A stretch of DNA of 64,000 nt from assembly GCA_964392445.1 (NCBI GenBank), contig CAYMPD010000001.1, positions 61,030 to 125,029 on the forward strand, read 5' to 3'. The notes beneath the pieces are model-generated. The model saw nothing but the letters and a program-made list of their open reading frames with translations, ran no database searches and was not told the origin of the DNA. Made by a program: the position numbers and the translations under genes. Below, one piece after another: positions 56,563 to 64,000 of this stretch; position 1 is the first letter of the stretch, and each line of letters opens with the position of its first letter. This DNA comes from an uncultured archaeon. GTDB taxonomy: Archaea > Aenigmatarchaeota > Aenigmatarchaeia > CG10238-14.

Positions 56563-56823
56563 TTATATTCTAATTGCCTCAAGTAGATTTGGTCTACCTG
56601 GGCCTTTGTTGCTTACAACTACTTCTATGTCTTTATCTTCAATGAAATCAAAAACGTGAGAGTTAGATCTGGAATAAACATACTTAGAGAAAGATATTTT
56701 TTCTATGTCGGAATTTCTTTTGAGAATCTTCTTGATTAGTCTAACGCTGGCAAACTTTCTTAAATGAATGATCTTAACCGCAGGAGAGATTTTTTGGACA
56801 TCTTGATAACTAGAAATAGACAA
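56563..56823 (-). CDS. Small hypothetical protein, DUF1699-like
   Basis: Size and IIHLRKF..LIKKIL..IEKISF pattern resemble DUF1699. Start uncertain. Confidence 0.45.
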   Translation of the reverse strand: MSISSYQDVQKISPAVKIIHLRKFASVRLIKKILKRNSDIEKISFSKYVYSRSNSHVFDFIEDKDIEVVVSNKGPGRPNLLEAIRI

Positions 56824-56916
56824 ATGTTTTACATTCCCCTTGTCCGATATTCACCTGACATCATCATCACTTAGGTTTTTAGTTGTAGGTTTAGGTTTAA
56901 ATAGCTTGTGGAAATG

Positions 56917-57201
56917 TCACTGGTCCATATACCACAATTGAGCCCCTTCAGTCAAAGTCTTAGAAGCTTCTTTTAGTCCTTTATCCATGAACTTGTACTC
57001 GCCCTTTTTGGCTTCTTTGATAAATTTTTTGTTCTTCAATCTATTCAGTCCTCTGACCACATATTTCCTCTTGGATCTGGCAAATTTCTCAGTAATTTTA
57101 CCTTTATGAACAGTTTTTTCTTTAGATCCCTTAGTAAGCATAAGCATTCCTAATAGCAAGGTTTTATCTAACTCTGTTTTACTCATTGGCATATACAACA
57201 T
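56917..57201 (-). CDS. Basic winged-helix-like protein
   Basis: YVVRGLNRLKNKKFI...YKFMDKG wing pattern. Confidence 0.55.
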   Translation of the reverse strand: MLYMPMSKTELDKTLLLGMLMLTKGSKEKTVHKGKITEKFARSKRKYVVRGLNRLKNKKFIKEAKKGEYKFMDKGLKEASKTLTEGAQLWYMDQ

Positions 57202-57310
57202 ATGTTATTTTATAAATAAATAGTTTTTTGAGGGGTTTTAATAAATAATAAGGTTAATAAGATGCGTTAAATATTTAAAGAAGTTTTTTAGTATAGTTTA
57301 ATACAGAGAA

Positions 57311-57598
57311 GTGATTGAATTGGGGAATAGAACCAGTTTCACAGATGATATCGTTTACAGTTTTGTTTGTAATAACCCAGGAATGTGTACGTATAAAATA
57401 GCGAAAAAGTTAAAGATGACTGGGGGTAGAGTGAGATACGCGTTAAAAAAACTCGAAAAAGCGGGCCTTGTGAAATTCAAGTATGAACATACTAGTAGGA
57501 CCAAAAAGTTGTGTTATCCGGTAGATGCATGGGAATTAGTACCAGAGGGATGGAAATCGAATCTTAGGAAGTTAGTGAAGAATTTGAAAAGTGATTAA
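57311..57598 (+). CDS. Winged-helix transcriptional regulator
   Basis: TYKIAKKLKMTGGRVRYALKKLEKAGLV HTH. Confidence 0.75.
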   Translation: MIELGNRTSFTDDIVYSFVCNNPGMCTYKIAKKLKMTGGRVRYALKKLEKAGLVKFKYEHTSRTKKLCYPVDAWELVPEGWKSNLRKLVKNLKSD

Positions 57599-58053
57599 CT
57601 TACATCCTCAACACTAGCATTATTCAACTCAACAATATCTTTTGGTTTAATTTCAAGAAGTGAGGTATTAGTCCCTCCGCCACCAAAAGTAGTCTCGAAC
57701 TCCAGAATTTTCTTATCAACTATCACTCTGTCAACATTCTCATAACAACAAGGAGGAGTAGCACCAGGATCATAACCACTGTACCTGTGAACTTGTTCAA
57801 ACGGACATATTTTTACCCTACCTTGAACTAATTTCTCCACTTTTTTGGTATCTAACCTAGAATTACCAGGAATAATACATACTATTGGTTCTTCTCCGTC
57901 CACAAGACAAACAAGTGATTTAGTTATTCTTTTGAGTGGTATTCCTGTTTTTGCTGCTGCGTCCGCTGTATGTACGGTAGAATCTTTTTTGTGGATTTTA
58001 TACCATATTTGGTCATCTTCGAGGTATTTTCGGAGTGATTTTTGATTTAGCAT
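57595..58053 (-). CDS. YbaK/EbsC-family aminoacyl-tRNA deacylase
   Basis: ITKSL and GYDPGATPP motifs, GGGG loop. Confidence 0.85.
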   Translation of the reverse strand: MLNQKSLRKYLEDDQIWYKIHKKDSTVHTADAAAKTGIPLKRITKSLVCLVDGEEPIVCIIPGNSRLDTKKVEKLVQGRVKICPFEQVHRYSGYDPGATPPCCYENVDRVIVDKKILEFETTFGGGGTNTSLLEIKPKDIVELNNASVEDVS

Positions 58054-58092
58054 GGTTAATGTTTAGATTGTTTTAGAAATAAATGTTGATGA

Positions 58093-58497
58093 TTATTGTA
58101 TTCCCATTGCACTTTCGACTGCCGCTGTTAAATCTGGGGGTAATGTTCCTCTTTTAACCAAATATTCGTTTGCACCTAATTCTTTCGCTCTTTTTTTTGT
58201 TTCATTACCAGCGATAACAGAATATACGAGTATTGATAAATTGGGGCATAACTCTCTAGCTTCCTCTATAAACTCAAGACCAACATATTCTTCCTTCTCT
58301 CTACTATATCTTGGGTCATCTGGCATTATCAAAGCTGCGATTAAACAATCATATTCACAATTCCTAGAATTAAGAACTTCATAACCAGCTCGACAGGTTA
58401 ATCTCGTATCTACTTTATACCCACTTCTCTTGATATCTTTGGTAATTCCTCTAATAGCCATTGCGTCCGTATCAACCCAAAGAATTCTTCCTGACAT
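58093..58497 (-). CDS. Stand-alone response-regulator receiver-like protein lacking the phosphoacceptor Asp
   Basis: ILWVDTD, YDCLIAALIMP (D replaced by A), GLEFIEEAR and GANEYLVK motifs. Confidence 0.75.
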   Translation of the reverse strand: MSGRILWVDTDAMAIRGITKDIKRSGYKVDTRLTCRAGYEVLNSRNCEYDCLIAALIMPDDPRYSREKEEYVGLEFIEEARELCPNLSILVYSVIAGNETKKRAKELGANEYLVKRGTLPPDLTAAVESAMGIQ

Positions 58498-58613
58498 AAC
58501 CCACCTTAGGAAAATTTTTACCAATATACAGATAAAAAATGGATCGTTTCAAGAAATAGAAAAAAGGTCGCTAAATATTTTAAGGGATAAATGTTAACAA
58601 AGTTAAGTAATTA

Positions 58614-58967
58614 TTGGTGGTGAAGAAAATGAAAAGAGTAAGTTTAGTGGGATTTGATGATTTTGGAACTGAAACTATAGAGGATATTAAAAGAAAAATA
58701 AAACCATTAATCAACCGATACGACAAGATATTCGGTACTGATAAAATCCAGAGTTTTAGGTTGGCATTAAAGACATTCAAAAAAGACGGTGGGAAAGATA
58801 TGCATGAACTTACCATGTCCTTAAACACAACTAAAGGTAATTTCCGGGGCAAAAAACAAGGGTGGGAGTTATTGTCACTGGTAGACGAAGTGGAGTCAGT
58901 TCTGGAAAGACAAATAAAAAAGATGAAAGGAAAAATGCTCGAGCAAAGAAAAGGCAGAAATGCTTAA
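58614..58967 (+). CDS. HPF/RaiA-like (ribosome hibernation factor fold) protein
   Basis: Predicted beta-alpha-beta-beta-beta-alpha pattern ending WELLSLVDEVESVLERQIKK, like HPF-family C-terminal helices. Confidence 0.5.
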   Translation: MVVKKMKRVSLVGFDDFGTETIEDIKRKIKPLINRYDKIFGTDKIQSFRLALKTFKKDGGKDMHELTMSLNTTKGNFRGKKQGWELLSLVDEVESVLERQIKKMKGKMLEQRKGRNA

Positions 58968-59013
58968 ATTTTAATTTGTTTTATTCCTATTTAGTTTTTG
59001 AATAGTCCCGAAT

Positions 59014-59106
59014 AGTCCCGTAGAGAGTTTAAATCTCGCGGAATCTAGTGGTCAAGGATAGGAGCCTTTGGAGCTCTTGACGCAGGTTCGAATCCTGCCG
59101 GGACTA
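59014..59106 (+). tRNA. tRNA-Gln(UUG) with a 20-nt non-canonical intron at position 10/11 (59024-59043)
   Basis: Removing the insert gives a 73-nt cloverleaf: AGTCCCG/CGGGACT acceptor, anticodon loop CTTTGGA, T-loop TTCGAAT. The junction forms a bulge-helix-bulge (CCGT/GCGG helix, AGA and AAT bulges). Confidence 0.9.
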
Positions 59107-59138
59107 TATTTTTAACTTCTAAACATTAACTCATTGTT

Positions 59139-59786
59139 ATGGACAAAGACCTTCAAGAGACTTGGGATATACTAGCCGATTCATGGAATAATATCCGTGC
59201 ATGGCCTTATCCTGAAGTTAAAGAATTTACTGAAACTATAGATAAAGGTCTAGTCGTAGATGTAGCCTGCGGTAACTGTAGAAATCTTCTTCCATTCACA
59301 AAAAAAGGTCTGTCCTGTATAGGTATTGATTTTTCGAAGGGGATGGTTAGAGAGGCAAAAAAATACACTAAAAGAAAGGGAATGAAAGTTAATCTTATTC
59401 TCGGTGACTTAACAAAATTACCACTAAAAGAAAACGTAGCTTCCACGGTCATTTACACGTCTAGTATAACACACTTGAGAACAAAAAAAGAAAGGTTAAA
59501 ATCATTGGAAGAGACTAAAAGAATAGGAAAAAATAATTTTCGAATGATTCTAAGTATCTGGAACCGTTGGCAATTGAAATTTCTCTGGAAATTACTCAAA
59601 GCCTTCCTCTTCAGTAAATATCCCAATGTCTACGTTGACTGGAATTACCATGGTGTTATTCATAAAAGGTTTTATCACTTGTATAGTAAGACTGAGATGT
59701 TGAAAGATTTGGAAAAAGTTGGATTAAAGTCGGAAAAGATGATTAAAGATAATCATGGTGGAATATGGTTCTGGGTGAGAGGATGA
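59139..59786 (+). CDS. Class I SAM methyltransferase, Trm9/ALKBH8-like (tRNA mcm5U34)
   Basis: W...R.WPYPEV, VDVACGN, ITHL..KKERLKSLEE and KRFYHLYS..EM match the motif order of Trm9. Confidence 0.72.
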   Translation: MDKDLQETWDILADSWNNIRAWPYPEVKEFTETIDKGLVVDVACGNCRNLLPFTKKGLSCIGIDFSKGMVREAKKYTKRKGMKVNLILGDLTKLPLKENVASTVIYTSSITHLRTKKERLKSLEETKRIGKNNFRMILSIWNRWQLKFLWKLLKAFLFSKYPNVYVDWNYHGVIHKRFYHLYSKTEMLKDLEKVGLKSEKMIKDNHGGIWFWVRG

Positions 59787-60406
59787 ATAAACAATGGGAA
59801 AATGTGTTCAACAAAGAGGGGAAGATATTTGAAAAACCACACGATGATATGAAAAAAATTTCAAAAGAGTTAAAGAAAAGAAATGTTCAAAAGATACTTG
59901 ACTTGGGTTCGGGGAGTGGGAGACATTTAATTTATCTTTCAGAACTAGGCTTTGAGGTCTTTGGAATAGATATTTCAGAAACTGGGATTAAGATGTCAAG
60001 AGATATGCTGAATAAAAAAGGGTTGAAAGCTAATTTGAAAGTAGGAAATATTTATGATAGATTACCCTATACAGATGAATTCTTTGATTCAGTTATATCT
60101 GTCCAAGCCATGCATCACTCAAACATTGATAATATTCGAAGTTTAATAAAAGAAATTGAGAGAGTACTTAGACCAAAGGGGGTTATATTCATAACAGTGC
60201 CAAAAACGAAGAAGAGTCAAAGAAAGACTAAAAAATATAAAGAAATAGAACCTAGAACATTCGTCCCGTTAGATGGGTGGGAGAAAGGTCTACCACACTT
60301 TCTTTTCAACGAAGGACTGATAAGAAAAGAATTTTCTAACTTTAAAATAAATAAAATCTGGTTAGATTCAACTAAACATTATTGTTTTATGGGTGAGCTC
60401 AAATGA
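59783..60406 (+). CDS. Class I SAM-dependent methyltransferase
   Basis: ILDLGSGSGRH, GIDIS and LRPKG motifs. ATG 59783 overlaps the upstream stop. Confidence 0.85.
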   Translation: MNKQWENVFNKEGKIFEKPHDDMKKISKELKKRNVQKILDLGSGSGRHLIYLSELGFEVFGIDISETGIKMSRDMLNKKGLKANLKVGNIYDRLPYTDEFFDSVISVQAMHHSNIDNIRSLIKEIERVLRPKGVIFITVPKTKKSQRKTKKYKEIEPRTFVPLDGWEKGLPHFLFNEGLIRKEFSNFKINKIWLDSTKHYCFMGELK

Positions 60407-61314
60407 AATGTTCATTCTGCAACAATAAATCAATCTACTTCCGAAAAAATGAAGGACATCATTACTGTGAAGAACATTTCAACAGAAGCATCGAAAAAAG
60501 AGTGAGAAAAACGATTAGGAACAATAACTTAATCGATAAAAAAGACAAGATTGTGGTTGCTCTTTCTGGTGGTAAAGATAGTTCAACCGCACTTATTCTT
60601 CTGACAAAAATATTCAAAAATAATCCCAGGGTCCAAATAGACGCATTAACTATAGATCAAGGTTTTCCTCATTCAAAAAAAGAGATTAAAATCGGTAAAA
60701 AATTAACGGAAAAGTTAGAAGTTAAGTGCCATATATTCTCGATTGAAAAGGAATTTGGCGTGATACTAGAGGAATTGTTCGAAAAAAATCCTAATGAATC
60801 TCATTGTGCTATCTGTGGTGTTTTAAGACGGTACTTAATCAACAAAAAAGCAAGAGAATTGGGTTACAAAAAAGTTGTCACTGGGCATAATCTGGATGAT
60901 GAGGCACAAAGTATTCTGATGAACATTCTAAAGGGAGATATGATGAGATTGGTAAGAGTAGGAGCTATTCCTATGATATCCAAAAACCCAAAATTCGTAC
61001 CTAGGATAAAACCTTTAGTAAATGTTCCAGAAGAGGAAACCATTCTTTTTGCTAAAATTAATAATATCAAATATTCCAATAAAACCTGTCCCTACAGAAA
61101 ATATAACAAATTAAGAGGAGAAACAATCAAATACCTAAATAACCTTGAAAGGAATTCTCCAGGGATCAAACATAGCCTTCTAAAAAGCACAATTAAATTA
61201 AAACCTTATGTTGAAAAACAATTCAAAGGAAGAAAAATAAAATTATGCGAAAAATGTAAAGAGCCCGCAAGCAAAAAAATATGTAAAACTTGCGAAGTAC
61301 TTGGGGTGTACTGA
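60403..61314 (+). CDS. Ncs6/CTU1/TtuA-family tRNA thiouridylase (TIGR00269-type)
   Basis: N- and C-terminal Zn fingers, PP-loop ALSGGKDS, CAICGVLRR and TGHNLDDEAQ motifs. Confidence 0.9.
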   Translation: MKCSFCNNKSIYFRKNEGHHYCEEHFNRSIEKRVRKTIRNNNLIDKKDKIVVALSGGKDSSTALILLTKIFKNNPRVQIDALTIDQGFPHSKKEIKIGKKLTEKLEVKCHIFSIEKEFGVILEELFEKNPNESHCAICGVLRRYLINKKARELGYKKVVTGHNLDDEAQSILMNILKGDMMRLVRVGAIPMISKNPKFVPRIKPLVNVPEEETILFAKINNIKYSNKTCPYRKYNKLRGETIKYLNNLERNSPGIKHSLLKSTIKLKPYVEKQFKGRKIKLCEKCKEPASKKICKTCEVLGVY

Positions 61315-61349
61315 AGTAATAAATGGTTTTAAACCAATAATAGATATTA

Positions 61350-61646
61350 GTGATAATAATGAGAAAAGATATTGAAGATATAAAACAAAAAATCTCCCCA
61401 GTACTGGAACGTCATGGTATTAAAAAGGTCGGGCTGTTTGGGTCTGTTGCTAGAGGTGAAATGAAAGAGGACAGTGATATTGATATTTTAGTGGAGATTA
61501 AAGAGCCTATTAGTTTACTCGACTTCATAAAAATTAAATTGGAAATTGAAAAAATACTAGGAAGAGAGGTAGATTTGGTCGAATATGACACAATAAAACC
61601 CCTTCTTAAAGAAAGAATTCTTAACGAGGAGATCAGGATTATATGA
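61350..61646 (+). CDS. Minimal nucleotidyltransferase (MNT) antitoxin
   Basis: LFGSVARGE..SDIDILV and REVDLV motifs. Confidence 0.9.
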   Translation: MIIMRKDIEDIKQKISPVLERHGIKKVGLFGSVARGEMKEDSDIDILVEIKEPISLLDFIKIKLEIEKILGREVDLVEYDTIKPLLKERILNEEIRII

Positions 61647-61993
61647 AAAGAGATTTGAGGGTTTATATAGAGGATATTCTAGAAAGTATTGAAAAAATAG
61701 AAGATTATATAGATGGGGTCACGAAGCATATTTTCTATGGTGAGACAAAAATTCAAGATTGTGTCTTCAGAAGACTGGAAATAATAGGTGAAGCAGCAAA
61801 AAGTATCCCCGATGATTTTAGGGAAAAATACCCAGAAATACCTTGGAAAAGTATAGCAGGTATGAGAGATGTCCTTATCCATGGATACTTTGAAGTGAAA
61901 TTAGAAAGGGTTTGGAAGGTTGTGGAAAAGGACTTGCCTGACTTAAAGAGAAATATAATGAAAATAAGAAAGGAACTCAATGGAGAAGCTTGA
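61643..61993 (+). CDS. HEPN (DUF86/HepT-like) ribonuclease toxin
   Basis: LEIIGEAAK, IPW and RDVLIH (RxxxxH) motifs. 4-nt overlap with the MNT gene. Confidence 0.9.
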   Translation: MKRDLRVYIEDILESIEKIEDYIDGVTKHIFYGETKIQDCVFRRLEIIGEAAKSIPDDFREKYPEIPWKSIAGMRDVLIHGYFEVKLERVWKVVEKDLPDLKRNIMKIRKELNGEA

Positions 61994-62063
61994 ATAAGAA
62001 ATGTAAAGAGCCCGCAAGCAAAAAAATGTGTAAAACTTGCGAAGTACTTGGGGGTGTACTATC

Positions 62064-62318
62064 TTAGCGGGCTCTTTGAGCTTGAATTTCATCTATTTGT
62101 GACATCAGGAAATCAATTCTATCTTGCAAAAATTTGACTTTCTTAACGCTTTTTGCATTAAATAATTTATTCTTGGCATCAAATAATTGTTCTTGATAGA
62201 ACCGTAACCTGTGGTACTCTTGACCATTCACACAATCACTATCACTATATAGTAGTACTACTATATAAATGTTACTACTATCAAAAGGGAAAATAGGGGA
62301 ATGATTATGAAAAACCAA
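62064..62318 (-). CDS. Small hypothetical coiled-coil protein (true start probably internal, ~55 aa)
   Basis: The C-terminal half is helical and charged. The N-terminal part overlaps the elp3 promoter and start. Confidence 0.35.
   Translation of the reverse strand: MVFHNHSPIFPFDSSNIYIVVLLYSDSDCVNGQEYHRLRFYQEQLFDAKNKLFNAKSVKKVKFLQDRIDFLMSQIDEIQAQRAR
62246..62267. promoter_or_regulatory. Perfect 22-bp palindrome TATATAGTAGTACTACTATATA upstream of elp3
   Basis: The sequence equals its own reverse complement and has TATA-like ends on both strands. Confidence 0.7.
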
Positions 62319-63875
62319 AAAGCTTGCAGGGAAATAATCGAGAAATTAATGATTTTAGAGAAGATAGACGATAGAGTAATAAATAAGGTAGCAAAGTCAA
62401 TAGCCAAAAAGTACGGTTTAAGCGGTATTCCAAGCAAGGTAGATATACTGGGATTCTGTGACAAGGATGAGAGAAAAAAACTCAAACGACATCTTCAAAC
62501 CAAACCCTCAAGATCGATTTCTGGGGTTTCTGTGATAACTGTGGTTGCTAAGCCTGCTGATTGTCCTGGTGAATGTATTTACTGTCCTCGGGGGACTAAT
62601 GCTCCTCAAAGTTATACGGGATTCGAGCCTGCAATCCAACGTGGAAAAAGAAACAATTACGATCCTTTCCTGCAAACCAAAGACAGGTTAAACCAATACA
62701 AATTAACAGGCCACCCAAACGATAAAATCGAAGTAATAATCCTAGGAGGGACGTTTTTGGCACTAAATAAAGACTACCAAAATTGGTTTGTTAAACGGAT
62801 TCTGGATGCTCTTAACGGGAAAGAAAGTGAAAACTTGGAAGAAGCTAAAAGGAGGAACGAATCTGCTGCACATAGGTGCATAGGACTGACTATCGAAACT
62901 CGTTCGGACTACTCTCACAAGAAAGATATTGACCAAATGCTGGATTTAGGGACTACAAGAGTGGAAATAGGGTTACAGTCAATATATACGGAAGTTCTGA
63001 AAAAAGTGAGACGTGGTCATGGGATTGAAGACACGGTTAAATCTACTAAACTTGCTAAGGATAGTTGTTTAAAAGTAACTTATCATGTTATGCCGGGATT
63101 GTTTGTTGATTATAAAAAAGACCTAGAGCAATTCAAAACGCTGTTCTCGGATGATAGATTCAAACCAGATTCTTTGAAGATTTACCCTGTTCTTGTGATG
63201 CTTGATACTAATCTGTACAAAATGTGGAAAAAAGGTGAGCATAAGCCACTCAATACCAAGCAAGGAGTTAAACTAATTTCTGAAGCCATGAAATACATTC
63301 CCAAGTACTGTCGTGTTATTCGTATTCAAAGAGATATTCCCACTGATCGAGTTGCTGCTGGGATTAAGAAAAGTAATCTGAGGGAGTATGTTGAGAAAGA
63401 ATGTGAGAGGAAAAAAGTGAGGATTAAGGAGATAAGATACAGAGAGGTAGGTCATCAGATAATGAGAGAAGTAGAACCTGATCCTGATAAGATTGAACTT
63501 TGTCGGATGGATTATGATGCTTCTGGAGGAAAAGAAGTGTTTTTGAGTTTTGAAGATGTGGAGAATGATGTTCTGTTTGGATTTATTCGTCTTAGAATTC
63601 CTAGTGAACCGTTTAGACCTGAGATTGATGGTAAAACTGGATTGATTCGTGAGTTGCACGTTTATGGTTCCGCGGTGAAAATAGGTAAGAAGAAGGATAA
63701 AGCGTGGCAACACAAAGGATTTGGTAGAAAACTTCTGAAAGAAGCGGAAAAGATTGCTAAAGAGGAATTTGGGATTAACAAGATGATTGTTATTTCTGGG
63801 ATTGGGGTTAGGGAATATTATAGGAAGTTTGGGTATGAAATGGATGGGACTTACGTTTCCAAGAATTTAGATTGA
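62301..63875 (+). CDS. elp3: Elp3 tRNA uridine(34) carboxymethyltransferase (radical SAM + GNAT)
   Basis: CPGECIYC cluster motif, QSYTG.EP, ETRSDY, RIQRDIP, IRELHVYG and QHKGFG motifs. Confidence 0.96.
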   Translation: MIMKNQKACREIIEKLMILEKIDDRVINKVAKSIAKKYGLSGIPSKVDILGFCDKDERKKLKRHLQTKPSRSISGVSVITVVAKPADCPGECIYCPRGTNAPQSYTGFEPAIQRGKRNNYDPFLQTKDRLNQYKLTGHPNDKIEVIILGGTFLALNKDYQNWFVKRILDALNGKESENLEEAKRRNESAAHRCIGLTIETRSDYSHKKDIDQMLDLGTTRVEIGLQSIYTEVLKKVRRGHGIEDTVKSTKLAKDSCLKVTYHVMPGLFVDYKKDLEQFKTLFSDDRFKPDSLKIYPVLVMLDTNLYKMWKKGEHKPLNTKQGVKLISEAMKYIPKYCRVIRIQRDIPTDRVAAGIKKSNLREYVEKECERKKVRIKEIRYREVGHQIMREVEPDPDKIELCRMDYDASGGKEVFLSFEDVENDVLFGFIRLRIPSEPFRPEIDGKTGLIRELHVYGSAVKIGKKKDKAWQHKGFGRKLLKEAEKIAKEEFGINKMIVISGIGVREYYRKFGYEMDGTYVSKNLD

Positions 63876-64000
63876 TTTATAATATTTCCTTTAATCTTCC
63901 CCGTCCCCACTAAAGACTACATAAATTTCCCTAACAAAATTAGTTCTAAAGTTTTGCGTTTTTATGTTTTTATCAGTAATTCTATAACTTGATCAACACC

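Larger units (their letters stand above)
61252..62060 (+). repeat. ~61-bp direct repeat of the 3' end of the thiouridylase gene, flanking the MNT-HEPN module
   Basis: 61252-61312 and 61999-62060 are identical except for one substitution and one G indel. Confidence 0.93.

Noticed and set aside
56821-56870. A fourth -1 frameshift joining MMMSGEYRTRGM to the DUF1699-like ORF
   Set aside because: There is no conserved motif upstream to support it, and a TTG start is adequate.
8958-63012. Partial motif matches inside coding regions (for example ~8958, ~9286, ~20648, ~56654, ~63003)
   Set aside because: They are incomplete matches explained by codons such as K-V-R, and are not at gene boundaries.
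854-63713. Many short antisense or overlapping ORFs in the track (for example 854-1066, 3796-4323, 19753-20355, 50558-50947, 63273-63713)
   Set aside because: They are shadows of well-supported genes on the other strand or frame, with no recognisable motifs.
1-64000. Alternative genetic code suggested by the altered uS12
   Set aside because: All conserved genes translate full-length with the standard code, and TGA, TAA and TAG all terminate genes normally.

Overview
This is a 64-kb piece of an AT-rich archaeal chromosome. It has archaeal EF-1alpha/EF-2, split RNA polymerase genes (B''/B' and A'/A''), an archaeal-type ThrRS and intron-containing tRNAs. The gene repertoire and divergence suggest a DPANN lineage, possibly Aenigmarchaeota-like (inference). 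Layout by region: (1) 1-8.1 kb holds a HerA/DUF87-like ATPase pair, VapBC, RNase Z, a lamin-tail protein, wHTH regulators and a frameshifted Zn-finger/Vsr-like nuclease. (2) 8.3-17.2 kb is an accessory region where nearly every gene or operon boundary carries a co-oriented copy of AAAGTGAGAGTTA (6 exact, 4 degenerate). This cassette-like architecture is the most unusual signal in the window. (3) 17.5-30.3 kb holds redox genes, map and large surface/pilin genes. (4) 30.3-35.5 kb is an SAH/purine salvage block inserted between tuf and rps10. (5) 35.5-49.2 kb is the rpoB-rpoA-rpl30e-nusA-rps12-rps7-fusA-tuf operon, with a LAGLIDADG intein in RpoA'' and an unusually divergent uS12. (6) tRNA-Asp (two introns), 5S rRNA and tRNA-Tyr follow. 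(7) Then come DNA ligase, TrmB and ThrRS. (8) 59-63.9 kb holds tRNA-Gln(UUG) with a D-arm intron, next to Trm9-like, Ncs6/TtuA-like and Elp3 genes (a wobble-U34 modification cluster). An MNT-HEPN module flanked by ~61-bp direct repeats interrupts this cluster. No CRISPR array, integrase or transposase was seen. All motif searches were done by eye and protein family calls come from motif recognition, not database searches.
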